Shown here: piece after piece, positions 47,485 to 57,780 of the stretch | Position numbering within the stretch: the stretch's first letter is position 1 | How the letters are laid out: each line of letters starts with the position of its first letter | DNA from: a virus | DNA length: 64,000 bases | Strand: one strand, 5' to 3' | Virus record (IMG/VR): IMGVR_UViG_3300035703_000042 | Location: 1-64,000 of that record | Notes under the pieces: model-generated | Seen by the model: only the letters and a program-made list of their open reading frames with translations | What the model was told of the DNA's origin: nothing | The model's database searches: none | Translations under genes and position numbers: made by a program

Positions 47485-47710
47485 TGCAGTGAATGGGCAC
47501 AATTGGAGCACTGTTTCTCTGGGCTCGGGTACATATTCGAGGCCCATGGCCAAGGCGAGAAACGTCAGACTCCGAGGTTGTGGCACCGCCTGGTATCGCC
47601 GGTCACTGGGGCGATGCTAAAACTGTGATCATGTACCAGAGATTGGTACCTCTGACTCAGGAGTAGGCCATGAGGATGACACGGTGAAAAGCATGTGACA
47701 CATGCATCAA
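47485..47710 (+). ncRNA. candidate multi-stem structured RNA
   Basis: Non-coding gap after TATAAT with several stems (see findings). Confidence 0.4.
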
Positions 47711-47730
47711 CTCAGAGACCGCTAGAGACT

Positions 47731-48036
47731 ATGTCAAAGATGTATGATCCACTTAGAACAACGACCCAGGAACTGCACCGATTTTGGTTCACGATCGCTA
47801 CGTTGGAACAATGGTATGCCATCATGCGCGAGTGCCGATCTGCGTTTGGTGATCAATGGCGCACGCAGAGCAAGGTACGGCGACGCCTGGAAGAAAAACA
47901 CAGATACTCACAAGTGCCTAGATCTGTGATAGAAGTCTGGTTTGACTTGCCCGATCCCAGGATCGCCACATGGATCAGCATCAAGCTCGGCGTAAGAGTA
48001 CAGGACCACGAGTCCCAAAAGTCCATAAATAACTGA
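47731..48036 (+). CDS. hypothetical protein
   Basis: W-rich ORF ending at the late motif of the next gene. Confidence 0.6.
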   Translation: MSKMYDPLRTTTQELHRFWFTIATLEQWYAIMRECRSAFGDQWRTQSKVRRRLEEKHRYSQVPRSVIEVWFDLPDPRIATWISIKLGVRVQDHESQKSINN

Positions 48037-48038
48037 TC

Positions 48039-49466
48039 ATGTATCTAACTTACATCATGTTGCTGGTGGCTCTTTGCCTGTCAGCAGTGGCCGCATTTTA
48101 CAGCATAGTGGGACTCACAGCCATTTTTGCCGCTGCTGCTGTGCCCATCGTCATCATGGGATCCATCTTGGAAGTGGCCAAGCTGGTGGTCACGGTTTGG
48201 TTGCACGAATACTGGCGCGATATCAAATTCTCAATGAAGGCATATTTGGTACCAGCAGTGGCCATACTCATGCTGATCACCAGCATGGGAATCTTTGGGT
48301 TCTTGAGCAAGGCGCACTTGGATCAAACCGTGCCCACTGGCGACGTGGCCGCTCAAGTGGCCATCATTGATGAAAAGATCAACAACGAGCGCGATACCAT
48401 AGCCAATGCCCGGGCATTGCTGACACAGTTGGATCAAGCCGTGAACAACATTGGTGCCGCACCTGATCGTGAAGTGAATGGCCGCGTGGTATCATCGGCC
48501 GAACGTGCCTTGCAGGTGCGTCGCCAGCAGGCTCGTGATCGTGCAAATCTCACTGAAACCATCGAAGCTGCACAGGCCCGTATCATAAAATTGCAGGAAG
48601 AAAAGGCTCCTTTTGCCAAGGAGCTGAGAAAAGTCGAGGCCGAAGTTGGTCCCATCAAATACATCGCTGCCTTGATCTACGGCGACGATGCCACCGACAT
48701 CAATCTCTTGGAACGAGCCGTGAGATGGGTGATCATAATCTTGGTCTTGGTGTTTGATCCCTTGGCTGTGATGATGCTGTTGGCCGCCACCGAAAGTCGT
48801 CGCTGGGAACTGGAACGACGTCGTCGATTGGCCACAGAACACGTATTGCCTGACACTGCCGGAGAAACGAACGATGAATCAGATCATGCCCATGTTGATC
48901 ACACGCCTGTGGTTGAACCACCTCGAGGAGATGTTGACCCTGACCCTGCCGTGGCTGACGCCGTGGATACAGGACCAGGACCAGGACCCACTATGGTGGA
49001 ACCGCAGCTTGAACCAGATCATGACATTGACGAGGATGATGACGACGATGCCGACGACGAACCGATCAAGCAGTCCAAGCGTTTGTGGAAACTAGATAAC
49101 CCAGACAAAACTATCAAGGAACAGCGACGCCTTTATGAATTGGGGAAAATCGATCATCTCCCGTGGTTGGACTATCTAGAAAGAGACGAGATAACCAGTG
49201 AATTCGGCACAGAATTTCCAGTATCGGCCATCAAAGGCGATCTGTTTGTGATGATCAATCAGGTTCCTACTTCGCTTTACAAATACAATGGCATCAAGTG
49301 GATACAGATTGACAAAAACATCACAGATCGCTATGCTTATAATTCAGCTTACATCGACTATTTGATTGCCAAGATTAGTACCGGCGAATACGACCCCGAT
49401 TTGCTCAGCGACGGCGAACGGGCACAACTTGAATCTCGACTCAGACAAGACTTGATCAATGAATGA
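48039..49466 (+). CDS. membrane protein with long coiled coil
   Basis: 3 N-terminal TMs, [21 protein letters not shown], fourth TM VFDPLA. Confidence 0.75.
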   Translation: MYLTYIMLLVALCLSAVAAFYSIVGLTAIFAAAAVPIVIMGSILEVAKLVVTVWLHEYWRDIKFSMKAYLVPAVAILMLITSMGIFGFLSKAHLDQTVPTGDVAAQVAIIDEKINNERDTIANARALLTQLDQAVNNIGAAPDREVNGRVVSSAERALQVRRQQARDRANLTETIEAAQARIIKLQEEKAPFAKELRKVEAEVGPIKYIAALIYGDDATDINLLERAVRWVIIILVLVFDPLAVMMLLAATESRRWELERRRRLATEHVLPDTAGETNDESDHAHVDHTPVVEPPRGDVDPDPAVADAVDTGPGPGPTMVEPQLEPDHDIDEDDDDDADDEPIKQSKRLWKLDNPDKTIKEQRRLYELGKIDHLPWLDYLERDEITSEFGTEFPVSAIKGDLFVMINQVPTSLYKYNGIKWIQIDKNITDRYAYNSAYIDYLIAKISTGEYDPDLLSDGERAQLESRLRQDLINE

Positions 49467-50658
49467 ACCCACCCAATGCTGTAGTTTTTGTGGCAAACCC
49501 AAAGACCTTGTAGGAAAACTCATAGTCAGCGACTCAGTGGCTATCTGTAATGAGTGTGTGGCTTTGTGCGAAGAGTTACTAGCGGATTCCCCTGGCAGTG
49601 TCATCACCGATCTCGACGATGATAAAATGGATCCTATGCGACTCAAGGATTTCTTGGACGAATATGTGATCGGTCAAGATCAAGCCAAGATCATGCTCAG
49701 TGTAGCGATCGTAAATCATTACAAACGCATACAAAATACCAGCAACAAAGAGATCTCCAAGGCCAATGTGTTGATGCTGGGACCTACCGGGTCGGGCAAG
49801 ACTCTCCTGGCACAGACAGTGGCGCGATATCTAGATGTGCCTTTTGCTATCGCAGATGCTACCAGCCTCACCGAAGCAGGTTATGTAGGCGACGACGTGG
49901 AAAGTCTGATCGGGCGTTTGTATGCCAACTCCGGCAATGATGTGGCTCGTACACAGCGCGGTATCGTATTTGTGGACGAAATTGACAAGATCGCACGCAA
50001 GAGCGAAAATGCATCAATCACTCGAGACGTGTCAGGCGAAGGCGTACAGCAAGCCTTGCTCAAGCTAGTAGAAGGAACTGTTTGTCGAGTACCCGTGAGT
50101 GGGGGGCGCAAGCATCCCACTGGTGACATGGTCGAAGTTGACACACGAAACATATTGTTTATTGCCGGTGGTGCTTTTGTGGGATTGGAAAAAATTATCA
50201 GCAATCGATTATCGGGCACCAGCATCGGATTCAACAGCCTGGTAAAACAAAAACAGCAAGTCGATCTATCAATGAGCACACCCGACGATCTTGTGAGATT
50301 TGGTCTCATTCCTGAATTGATTGGTCGTTTCGCCAGCGTGGTGTCACTGCGAGAATTGGAAAAATCAGATCTCATGCGCGTTTTCACCGAAGTTAAAAAC
50401 AACTATGTGGACCAGTATTGTTGGTTGTTTCAACAAGACGGTGTGGACTTACATATCTCACAAGATGCTTTGGAAGGCATGGTTGATCGTGCTATCAAAT
50501 CAGGCACAGGCGCCCGTGCTTTACACAGCGAGATAGAACGAGCCCTGATGCCGCACATGTTTTATATCAAGAAGTATATATCGCTGGGGATCAAAAGCAT
50601 CGACATCACTGCGGATCTGGTAAATAATCCGCGTTCGATACAGGAGACGTCACATTGA
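49459..50658 (+). CDS. clpX: ATP-dependent Clp protease ATPase subunit ClpX
   Basis: C4 zinc finger, [36 protein letters not shown] loop, GAR. Confidence 0.95.
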   Translation: MNEPTQCCSFCGKPKDLVGKLIVSDSVAICNECVALCEELLADSPGSVITDLDDDKMDPMRLKDFLDEYVIGQDQAKIMLSVAIVNHYKRIQNTSNKEISKANVLMLGPTGSGKTLLAQTVARYLDVPFAIADATSLTEAGYVGDDVESLIGRLYANSGNDVARTQRGIVFVDEIDKIARKSENASITRDVSGEGVQQALLKLVEGTVCRVPVSGGRKHPTGDMVEVDTRNILFIAGGAFVGLEKIISNRLSGTSIGFNSLVKQKQQVDLSMSTPDDLVRFGLIPELIGRFASVVSLRELEKSDLMRVFTEVKNNYVDQYCWLFQQDGVDLHISQDALEGMVDRAIKSGTGARALHSEIERALMPHMFYIKKYISLGIKSIDITADLVNNPRSIQETSH

Positions 50659-50879
50659 GTTTACACGGTAGATCAGTCATGGTTGGGCCCGACGGCAACG
50701 TCGAAAAAGCTCTGCGCAAATTCAAGAAGAAAATACAGAATTCCAACCTCTTGATTGAATTGCGAGAGCGAGAAACCTACACCAAGCCAACCACTCGTAG
50801 GAAACTCAAAAAAGGTGCTGCCAAAAGTCGTTGGAAAAAATATCTGCGCAGCCAGGAACTTCCTCCCAGGCAGTATTGA
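50655..50879 (+). CDS. rpsU: ribosomal protein bS21
   Basis: [12 protein letters not shown]...RE.Y.KPT.RR; TTG start with AGGAG SD. Confidence 0.88.
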   Translation: MSLHGRSVMVGPDGNVEKALRKFKKKIQNSNLLIELRERETYTKPTTRRKLKKGAAKSRWKKYLRSQELPPRQY

Positions 50880-50880
50880 T

Positions 50881-51879
50881 GTGCGGTCTTGCTTTTTTGT
50901 CGAAGAACAAAAACTAGTCTATTCAGCCAATCATCACGGATGTTCTGATCTCAATGACATTGATGCTACCCGTGAAAAAATACAACACGATCTCAAAAAC
51001 GGTGGCAATCTAACGTCACCAATCACTGAATTAGTTGTGACTTTTGCCAGCGAAGGACATGGTGCCCATGAAGCACGCTGCCTGGCTCGAGCCTTGAAAT
51101 CTCTTTTGCTACTGCAGAAGCTGGGTTTTGTGTTTTCTGCCATTGTGGATGATCTATACGACTATCCTTATCGTTGTGTGCCAACGGTCATGACTGACCA
51201 TTGTGAATGGTTTTCTCGATTCCAAAAAGTAGAAAACAATATCCGAGACTTGGAATTAGATCGAAAGTTCCTTTGCCTAAATCGAAGACCCAGCGCGATA
51301 CGAGAGAGATTGGTGTTTTTCTTGGAAAAATCATTGTCTGTATCCAGCGCTCGCATCAGCCTGGGAACACAATCCAATCATTATCAAGGGCCGCGCACAT
51401 GGGTAGATGGTGCTCGCTGGATTGATGGTTTAGCCGATCAAGATCGATCACACGATTTATCTGATATTAGATTCCAGTCTTGTCTGATCAATGTAGTGTC
51501 TGAAAGCAGCGATCAATCCGACAACACGGTTTGGTCATCCAAGTTCATTACCGAAAAGACCTGGAAGGCCTACGGCATGTATCAAATCCCAATTTGGATG
51601 GCGGTGCCGGGTCTGGTATCCTGTGTTAGATCCATGGGATTCGACATGTTTGATGACATCTGCGAACATCACGATTACGATACAATCCAAGACGAACATC
51701 AAAGACAGGATCGTTTGATCGAAATAGTCGCCCGCATCGATGAAATCTACAGCATCTCTGATCTCGGTCAGTTACGACAGGAAATCTGGCCACGTCTTGA
51801 ACAAAATCGACGACTATTAGAAAAAATAACAGCGACCTCAGGCCGGTTGTGGTCGCAGGCACTGAGAGAAATCTGGTAA
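50881..51879 (+). CDS. glycosyltransferase-like (IVSE..TEK family)
   Basis: FLCLNRR, INVVSES, FITEKT.K, GFDMF..YD; start uncertain. Confidence 0.5.
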   Translation: MRSCFFVEEQKLVYSANHHGCSDLNDIDATREKIQHDLKNGGNLTSPITELVVTFASEGHGAHEARCLARALKSLLLLQKLGFVFSAIVDDLYDYPYRCVPTVMTDHCEWFSRFQKVENNIRDLELDRKFLCLNRRPSAIRERLVFFLEKSLSVSSARISLGTQSNHYQGPRTWVDGARWIDGLADQDRSHDLSDIRFQSCLINVVSESSDQSDNTVWSSKFITEKTWKAYGMYQIPIWMAVPGLVSCVRSMGFDMFDDICEHHDYDTIQDEHQRQDRLIEIVARIDEIYSISDLGQLRQEIWPRLEQNRRLLEKITATSGRLWSQALREIW

Positions 51880-52569
51880 ATGAAACGTTTTTTCACGTTT
51901 GGTGATAGCTGGAGCTATGGTGCAGAACTACAGCGACATGAAAAAACTTTTGGTGAATTGATAAGTCAGCAACTAGGCATACGCTGGCATGACTTTTCAG
52001 TGGCCAGTACGTCAATACCTCATTTGATCCTGCAGCTCAACCGTGCCAAAGAATATTGCGATATCAGAGATCATGACTGGCAGTTATCGGGAACCACTGC
52101 TCTGTTTTTCTTGACCAGTCCACATCGAGATCTTGTATGGCGAGATGGTCGAGACAAAGAGCTGCACACGGTGCCGGTGTATCTCAATCCTTCCCACGAG
52201 TCAGACATAGATATACGCTGGTACACCGAATGGCACACGCCCGAGCTGGCCACTTATCGGGTGAACACCACTCTCATGGCCTTGCACCATCTCTGCAGGT
52301 ATCATGGCATCGATGATCGATATGTCTGGGGGTGGGATCGCGTAGAACTCTGTCCCGAAGTGGACCGCGGAAGATTCTGGGATTTTGGTGCCAGCACAAT
52401 ATTAGATCTGTTTGACGACATCGATCATCGAGGGTCAATAACCACGTATTCTAACACACATCCCAATCGGTATGTGTGGCCCAACAGCGGGCATCCCAAT
52501 CAGCAAGGACATCAGCGCATAGCAACTGCGCTGACACCTTGGTTAGAACCTACTTTTCGACCTGTTTGA
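51880..52569 (+). CDS. SGNH/GDSL-like protein
   Basis: FGDSWSYG and HPN..GH motifs. Confidence 0.65.
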   Translation: MKRFFTFGDSWSYGAELQRHEKTFGELISQQLGIRWHDFSVASTSIPHLILQLNRAKEYCDIRDHDWQLSGTTALFFLTSPHRDLVWRDGRDKELHTVPVYLNPSHESDIDIRWYTEWHTPELATYRVNTTLMALHHLCRYHGIDDRYVWGWDRVELCPEVDRGRFWDFGASTILDLFDDIDHRGSITTYSNTHPNRYVWPNSGHPNQQGHQRIATALTPWLEPTFRPV

Positions 52570-52696
52570 CGTTGTCGTTGTGCTTGAACTCACCGCCACC
52601 ACCGGCAGTGCCCGAAGACTTCTTTTTCTTCATCACAAAAGCGATTACTACTACAATGGCCACGATGGCCACGATGATTCCTGTATCAAGTTCCAT
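52550..52696 (-). CDS. small single-TM protein
   Basis: AGGAGG SD; TM followed by KKKK. Confidence 0.65.
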   Translation of the reverse strand: MELDTGIIVAIVAIVVVIAFVMKKKKSSGTAGGGGEFKHNDNVKQVEK

Positions 52697-52747
52697 GATT
52701 TTACCTCCTAAAGAGCACAAGTATTTACTCGGATACTGCACAAGCAG

Positions 52748-52778
52748 TTGACACAGCACGAGTTTTCATGTATAAATA
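52748..52778 (+). promoter_or_regulatory. overlapping sigma70 and T4-late promoter of hsp20
   Basis: TTGACA-17nt-TATAAA, the -10 being part of TATAAATA. Confidence 0.7.
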
Positions 52779-52780
52779 CA

Positions 52781-52839
52781 CTTGTAGCGCCGATGTTTGG
52801 GCTACACAAGTCATTCTTGCTTAACGAAAGGAGAATACA
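52781..52839 (+). promoter_or_regulatory. ROSE-like RNA thermometer
   Basis: TTGCT (52817-21) pairs with SD AGGA leaving a bulged G; upstream hairpin. Confidence 0.65.
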
Positions 52840-53280
52840 ATGACTAAAATCACTAGTTTTGACCTCGCACCTTTTTACCGCAACACAGTGGGTGTCGATC
52901 GCTTGTTTGATCGCATCACACAGCAGTTTGAATCTGCTGCCGCTGTAGGTAACTACCCTCCCTTTGACACTGTCAAAATCGCCGAAGACAGCTATGAGAT
53001 CCGCATCGCTGCCGCTGGATTCCGGCAAGACGAGATTGATGTAGAACTCAATGACAGTGTACTCACAGTCAAAGGAAGCCACCGCGACCAGCCACGCCAG
53101 GAAGTAGAATATCTACATCATGGTATCAGCAGTCGCGACTGGGTCCGTCAGTGGACTCTGGGAGAATACGTGGAAGTCAAAGGTGCTATCATGAAGGACG
53201 GCATCCTTACCATCCGTTTGGAGCGTATAGTGCCCGAGACCATGAAGCCTCGACGCATTGAGATCGAGTATCAGGTGTAA
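52840..53280 (+). CDS. small heat shock protein (Hsp20/IbpA family)
   Basis: NYPPF, AAGF, YLHHGIS.R, DGIL.I.L, C-terminal IEI. Confidence 0.93.
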   Translation: MTKITSFDLAPFYRNTVGVDRLFDRITQQFESAAAVGNYPPFDTVKIAEDSYEIRIAAAGFRQDEIDVELNDSVLTVKGSHRDQPRQEVEYLHHGISSRDWVRQWTLGEYVEVKGAIMKDGILTIRLERIVPETMKPRRIEIEYQV

Positions 53281-53334
53281 ATAACTGGGTGGGCCAGTCC
53301 CACCCTTTTGATAACAATCACAACAAGGATCACG

Positions 53335-53643
53335 ATGTCTAATCCCGAGACCAAAACACACATCAGCCCCATGACCGATCTCGCAGAACCTCCCATGTTC
53401 CGTGTGATCTATGTCAACGACAATCAGACCAGCATGGAATTCGTGATCGAGAGCCTCATCGATCATTTCCAGTACACACCGGTCACGGCTGAGAAAATCA
53501 CCATAGACATCCACGAGCAAGGAGCCGCTGTGGTAGCTGTGCTACCCTATGAAGTGGCCGAGCAAAAAGGCATAGAAGTCACTGTGTCAGCTCGTGCTGC
53601 TGGATATCCCCTGCAGATCAAACTCGAACCCGATAACGGTTAA
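53335..53643 (+). CDS. clpS: ClpS N-end-rule adaptor
   Basis: PPMFRVIYVND..T.MEFV, IH..G.A.V, AE.K, PL. Confidence 0.9.
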   Translation: MSNPETKTHISPMTDLAEPPMFRVIYVNDNQTSMEFVIESLIDHFQYTPVTAEKITIDIHEQGAAVVAVLPYEVAEQKGIEVTVSARAAGYPLQIKLEPDNG

Positions 53644-54431
53644 ACCGGAACTTCGATCCGTAAGGGATGGTAAACTATCTTGCGGAAGTCGCTGTCTCCG
53701 CGTCCTCTGCAGTTGTTGACAAATCTGATACCACCGGCCAAGCGATCCACAGCACTGTGATAGTGCCCAAAGCACCAGTGGCTGATCTTGGCTTCGGTAT
53801 CTACCTGCAAAACTTGTTCCATGTAGGAATTGCCCATGCAGTTGATCCTGTATGTACCATCGAGATCTAGATCATGATTGATCAAGTTTATGGTTGGCAC
53901 AGTGTGTGTGACGATCACGATTCGTCGAACATCTTGATGTGTTTGCAGTCGTTGAACCGAGTTCTTGAGATACATAGCATCGGCCACGGCCATGTCTTCG
54001 ATGGTGTCTAGAGTCGATGGCTGGCAACCTACTTTTTGTTGGTACCATGCTCGAGTCTGATCGTAGTCTATGCTGCCATCGAGATTCCAGCTCCACCAGC
54101 CATTGGTAGATAAAATGGCCACACCTTCTACCACCACGGCATTGTCCTGTAGATACAAAACATTTTCTATGTTTCGCAATCTACGTTTGATTTCTCGATA
54201 TCGACCGGGGATGTCATCAATGGCGTCGCGATACTCGTCGTTGCCGTCGATGTAGAACACACCTCGATAGCATTGGCCGAGATGCTGTAGAGTGGTCACA
54301 AGAGAGTCGAGATCTCGAGACACGTCCCCGGCCACTATGCAAAATTGGCTGGTCGGTTGTCCTCTCCAGTCAAACTTGTTGTCCCAGGATTCAATGTGTA
54401 GATCTGAAATAAGGTCGAATGCAAATGTCAT
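53640..54431 (-). CDS. calcineurin-like metallophosphoesterase
   Basis: SDLH, AGD, GNDE, TH..P, GHYH. Confidence 0.85.
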   Translation of the reverse strand: MTFAFDLISDLHIESWDNKFDWRGQPTSQFCIVAGDVSRDLDSLVTTLQHLGQCYRGVFYIDGNDEYRDAIDDIPGRYREIKRRLRNIENVLYLQDNAVVVEGVAILSTNGWWSWNLDGSIDYDQTRAWYQQKVGCQPSTLDTIEDMAVADAMYLKNSVQRLQTHQDVRRIVIVTHTVPTINLINHDLDLDGTYRINCMGNSYMEQVLQVDTEAKISHWCFGHYHSAVDRLAGGIRFVNNCRGRGDSDFRKIVYHPLRIEVPV

Positions 54432-54455
54432 GATACATATTTAAAAGGAAATGCC

Positions 54456-54830
54456 ATGAAGATTATTTTTGCTACGCACGATGAAGCGGATCAACTCGCT
54501 GAAAAATACACCATACTAGAGCTGGATACGCTGAGATTCCAGGACGGAATGCCTCGCACGGCCTGGTGCTTGGTGGCCATGGATGATGTCACACTGCAAG
54601 ACATGCCAGTGATACAACAATTCCGTGACCTGCACAATCGCATGATGTCAAACTACAAAAAGCGTAACTGGAAGTATTGCCAGGATGCTCTCGAGCATCT
54701 GCAGGGACGATGGAAAGGTGAGCTAGATTCTTTCTATCAGGACATGGCCAATCGTGTAGCTGGATATCAAGAACACGAGCCCGACTCGGACTGGGATCCT
54801 GTGATTGACCGAGAGATCAAAAATCCTTGA
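54456..54830 (+). CDS. hypothetical protein
   Basis: AAGGA SD; helical C-terminus. Confidence 0.7.
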   Translation: MKIIFATHDEADQLAEKYTILELDTLRFQDGMPRTAWCLVAMDDVTLQDMPVIQQFRDLHNRMMSNYKKRNWKYCQDALEHLQGRWKGELDSFYQDMANRVAGYQEHEPDSDWDPVIDREIKNP

Positions 54831-56046
54831 CCCAGGGGTAACGTTGCTGTATCTGACTAAATCTGTGAGGATCAGTTTTTTCTAAGTAATCACAAAATTT
54901 AAATATCCATCCGGAGTAGTGATCAGACATTTGTATTTTTTGTGAATGAAAATAATCAGCTAGGTAAAAAACATTTCCCCCTGGCATCGAGAGGTGCTTG
55001 TCTTTTTGTATTTCTTGTGCTGCTTGCATGTTTGAATGCAGTTCTTTCAGCAAACGATCTTCAAACTCTTGGCTGAAAAAATGACGATGATTGTGATTTA
55101 TCACCGATTGGCATTTTTCGATTAATCTTTCAAATTCGCTGTCGCTCAACGAGCATATTTTTTCTATTTCTCTGACTATCATCGAAAGACGTCGCTGGTG
55201 GTCAATTTCAAAATCGTAGTCTTCGTTCCACACCTGGGAAAAGGTTTGGAACCCATAATTTTTTAAATATTCAAGGGAACCTGTGCCAGCTACAACAAAA
55301 AAAGGTTGGCGCATCACCATTGGTTTAAAAACCTTTTCTGTCAGGTGTATTTTATCGCAGTCAAACAAGGTTTCGGCCACGATCTGTATGCTGCCGAGGT
55401 TGACGTCTTGGGCAATGATTTTAGCACTATAGGTGCTGTCTACGTCGGAAAAATCACGATTCCAGTTGTAATATACCTGCTCTTTTAATTTGAAAAGCTG
55501 TTGCACTAATTGACTTCGGTATTGACGTGTTCCGGTATGATCCCGGGAATACAGCATGAATCGTCTTTCTGGATGCCGTGTGGCGTGAATATCAGCGTGC
55601 CATTTCCAGTGACGGAACCAGTCTCGGGCAATCAGTCCATGCCAAAAATAGTAGCAGTCTACAAATCCTTGATCTTTGATTAATTGTATATCTGTGCTGT
55701 TGATTTCGCTGTGACAGAAAATGGGCCAAGTAGTTCCGTGGGCAATCACACATAACATCTGTTCAGGACTTACATGGTCCCACATGCTGTGTTTTTTTGA
55801 TCCTGTGTACCAATTTTTATAAGTAATCAGCGCATCGGCAAAAAAAGGTTCTTGGTCGTGCATTATCGTAATGTCTCCGCAGAGATACTCGACACGATTT
55901 TCGTGATATCTTTTTTCGTCGTAGTACGGCATGAGATCGCACAGATTTTTAGATCCGTGAGTTTGGAAGGTCCAGATCATGCCACGGGTTTTGTCCCATC
56001 CATAGTGGGAATCAAAAAAGCTGTAAAAATTATCAACGGAGAACAT
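54817..56046 (-). CDS. glycosyltransferase-like (IVAET..TEK family)
   Basis: DQEP, HSE, IVAET, HLTEK.FKP, YGF.TF; AT-rich. Confidence 0.55.
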   Translation of the reverse strand: MFSVDNFYSFFDSHYGWDKTRGMIWTFQTHGSKNLCDLMPYYDEKRYHENRVEYLCGDITIMHDQEPFFADALITYKNWYTGSKKHSMWDHVSPEQMLCVIAHGTTWPIFCHSEINSTDIQLIKDQGFVDCYYFWHGLIARDWFRHWKWHADIHATRHPERRFMLYSRDHTGTRQYRSQLVQQLFKLKEQVYYNWNRDFSDVDSTYSAKIIAQDVNLGSIQIVAETLFDCDKIHLTEKVFKPMVMRQPFFVVAGTGSLEYLKNYGFQTFSQVWNEDYDFEIDHQRRLSMIVREIEKICSLSDSEFERLIEKCQSVINHNHRHFFSQEFEDRLLKELHSNMQAAQEIQKDKHLSMPGGNVFYLADYFHSQKIQMSDHYSGWIFKFCDYLEKTDPHRFSQIQQRYPWVKDF

Positions 56047-56048
56047 GA

Positions 56049-57290
56049 ATGAATATAGGATTTATTGGATTGGGCAAACTGGGCCTCGACTGTGCCGAAG
56101 TGTTTGCAGAGAAGCACACTGTGCGCGGCTACGATATTTACCCACGGGCCAGTGACTCGGTCAAAGTCTGCTCGATCGAAGAGACTGTGAACGAAAGTGA
56201 GTGGATCTTTATCGCTGTGCCTACCCCACACGAAGAAGGCTACGATGGATCGGTGCCCAGCAGTCACATGACACCCAAGGATTTTGGTCACGATGCAGTG
56301 AAACAGAGCCTGGAGGCAGTGAACGCACATGCTCGCTCGCCCAAGAAAATCGTGTTGATTTCCACAGTGTTGCCAGGAACCACACGCCGGCATTTTATCC
56401 CTTTGCTGGACAAACAGCACCAGTTCCTTTACAATCCCTATCTCATCGCCATGGGATCGGTGAAGTGGGACATGGTCAACCCCGAGATGGTCATGATCGG
56501 CACTGAGGACGGCAATCCCAATGCTCTCGCAGGCGAGCTGATTGATCTCTACAAAACCATCATGAAAAATGATCCCAGATATGAGATTGGCACCTGGGAC
56601 GAGTGCGAAGCCATCAAGATTTTCTACAACACATTCATTTCCGCCAAAGTGGGTCTGGTCAACATGATCCAGGATTTTGCCATGCGCATCGGCAACATCA
56701 ACGTGGATGTGGTCACCAACGCCCTGGCCAAGTCGACCATGCGCATCATGGGGCCCAAGTACATGACCGCGGGCATGGGTGATGCTGGTGCTTGCCATCC
56801 CCGAGACAACATCGCCCTGCGTTGGTTGGCCGAAGAATATGACATCGGCTACGATCTCTTTGACACAGTGATGCATGCTCGTGAAATCCAGGCCAAAAAT
56901 CTAGCCCTGTTCCTGGTCAAGCACGCCCAAGAGCGTGGTCTGCCGGTGGTCATCCACGGCAAAGCCTACAAGCCCGATGTGCCTTACTGTATCGGATCTT
57001 ACTCCACCCTGGTAGGCCACTATGTCAAAGAAGCCGGATTGCCAGTGGTCTATGTCGATCCCTTGGCCGATGACAGTGCCGAAGTGGTCGAAACATTTGA
57101 TCAACCTGCAGTGTTCCTGTGGGCGCACAACCGCAAGATCACCTACGAATACACCGGTGAGCAAGCAGACACACAACCTTACTGTGCATTCAAACCTGGC
57201 TCTGTCATCGTTGATCCCTGGCGTAAACTGGAATCGCACGACGGAATCGAGGTCATACATTATGGCAACACCCGGATTCAGGCAGTATAG
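56049..57290 (+). CDS. UDP-glucose/GDP-mannose dehydrogenase family
   Basis: GLGKLG, AVPTP, STV.PGT, K..YN, GACHPRD, YKP. Confidence 0.9.
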   Translation: MNIGFIGLGKLGLDCAEVFAEKHTVRGYDIYPRASDSVKVCSIEETVNESEWIFIAVPTPHEEGYDGSVPSSHMTPKDFGHDAVKQSLEAVNAHARSPKKIVLISTVLPGTTRRHFIPLLDKQHQFLYNPYLIAMGSVKWDMVNPEMVMIGTEDGNPNALAGELIDLYKTIMKNDPRYEIGTWDECEAIKIFYNTFISAKVGLVNMIQDFAMRIGNINVDVVTNALAKSTMRIMGPKYMTAGMGDAGACHPRDNIALRWLAEEYDIGYDLFDTVMHAREIQAKNLALFLVKHAQERGLPVVIHGKAYKPDVPYCIGSYSTLVGHYVKEAGLPVVYVDPLADDSAEVVETFDQPAVFLWAHNRKITYEYTGEQADTQPYCAFKPGSVIVDPWRKLESHDGIEVIHYGNTRIQAV

Positions 57291-57780
57291 TATCGCTCGA
57301 TTCTGGGATGACGAGTTCAAGAGTCTCCCTTATCGATTTGAGCCATTCAACGATCCTATGACCATGGCCCGGTGGCAAACACTGGGCTACATGGGCAACT
57401 ACTGTGGTGCCTTGGCTGACATGAAAGGTCCACAGCCGTCTTGGAATACCAGGTTCGTTGAATACTACACAGCTTTGGGGTGGAAGGATATTGGCACCGC
57501 TTACTATCGCATGGGTGCCAATACTGTGATGCCCGAGCACGTGGACACTTATCGACGCTACATCGAATTGTTTGGGCTCGAAGGTCAGGCATCGTCGATC
57601 CGGCGTGCCTTGATTTTCCTTGAAGATTGGCAGCCTGGGCACTACCTCCATGTCTGCGATCATGGCATAGTAAACTGGCGTGCCGGCGATGTAGTTGAAT
57701 GGACACACGATGCTCCTCATTCAGCTGCCAACATCGGTGCCGTAGATAGATACACTTTACAGATCACAGGACACATTTGA
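57262..57780 (+). CDS. 2OG-Fe(II)/cupin-type hydroxylase
   Basis: HVD (HxD), H.AAN, RYTLQITG. Confidence 0.7.
   Translation: MATPGFRQYSIARFWDDEFKSLPYRFEPFNDPMTMARWQTLGYMGNYCGALADMKGPQPSWNTRFVEYYTALGWKDIGTAYYRMGANTVMPEHVDTYRRYIELFGLEGQASSIRRALIFLEDWQPGHYLHVCDHGIVNWRAGDVVEWTHDAPHSAANIGAVDRYTLQITGHI

Noticed and set aside
47705-47752. Group I intron-like TAGAGACTA followed by AAGATGTATGATCC
   Set aside because: P7 pairing is not convincing, there is no interrupted gene, and the sequence overlaps the next ORF start.
48970-49060. GGACCA x3 and GAT/GAC runs
   Set aside because: Encode a low-complexity GP/D-rich linker in a membrane protein; not an array.
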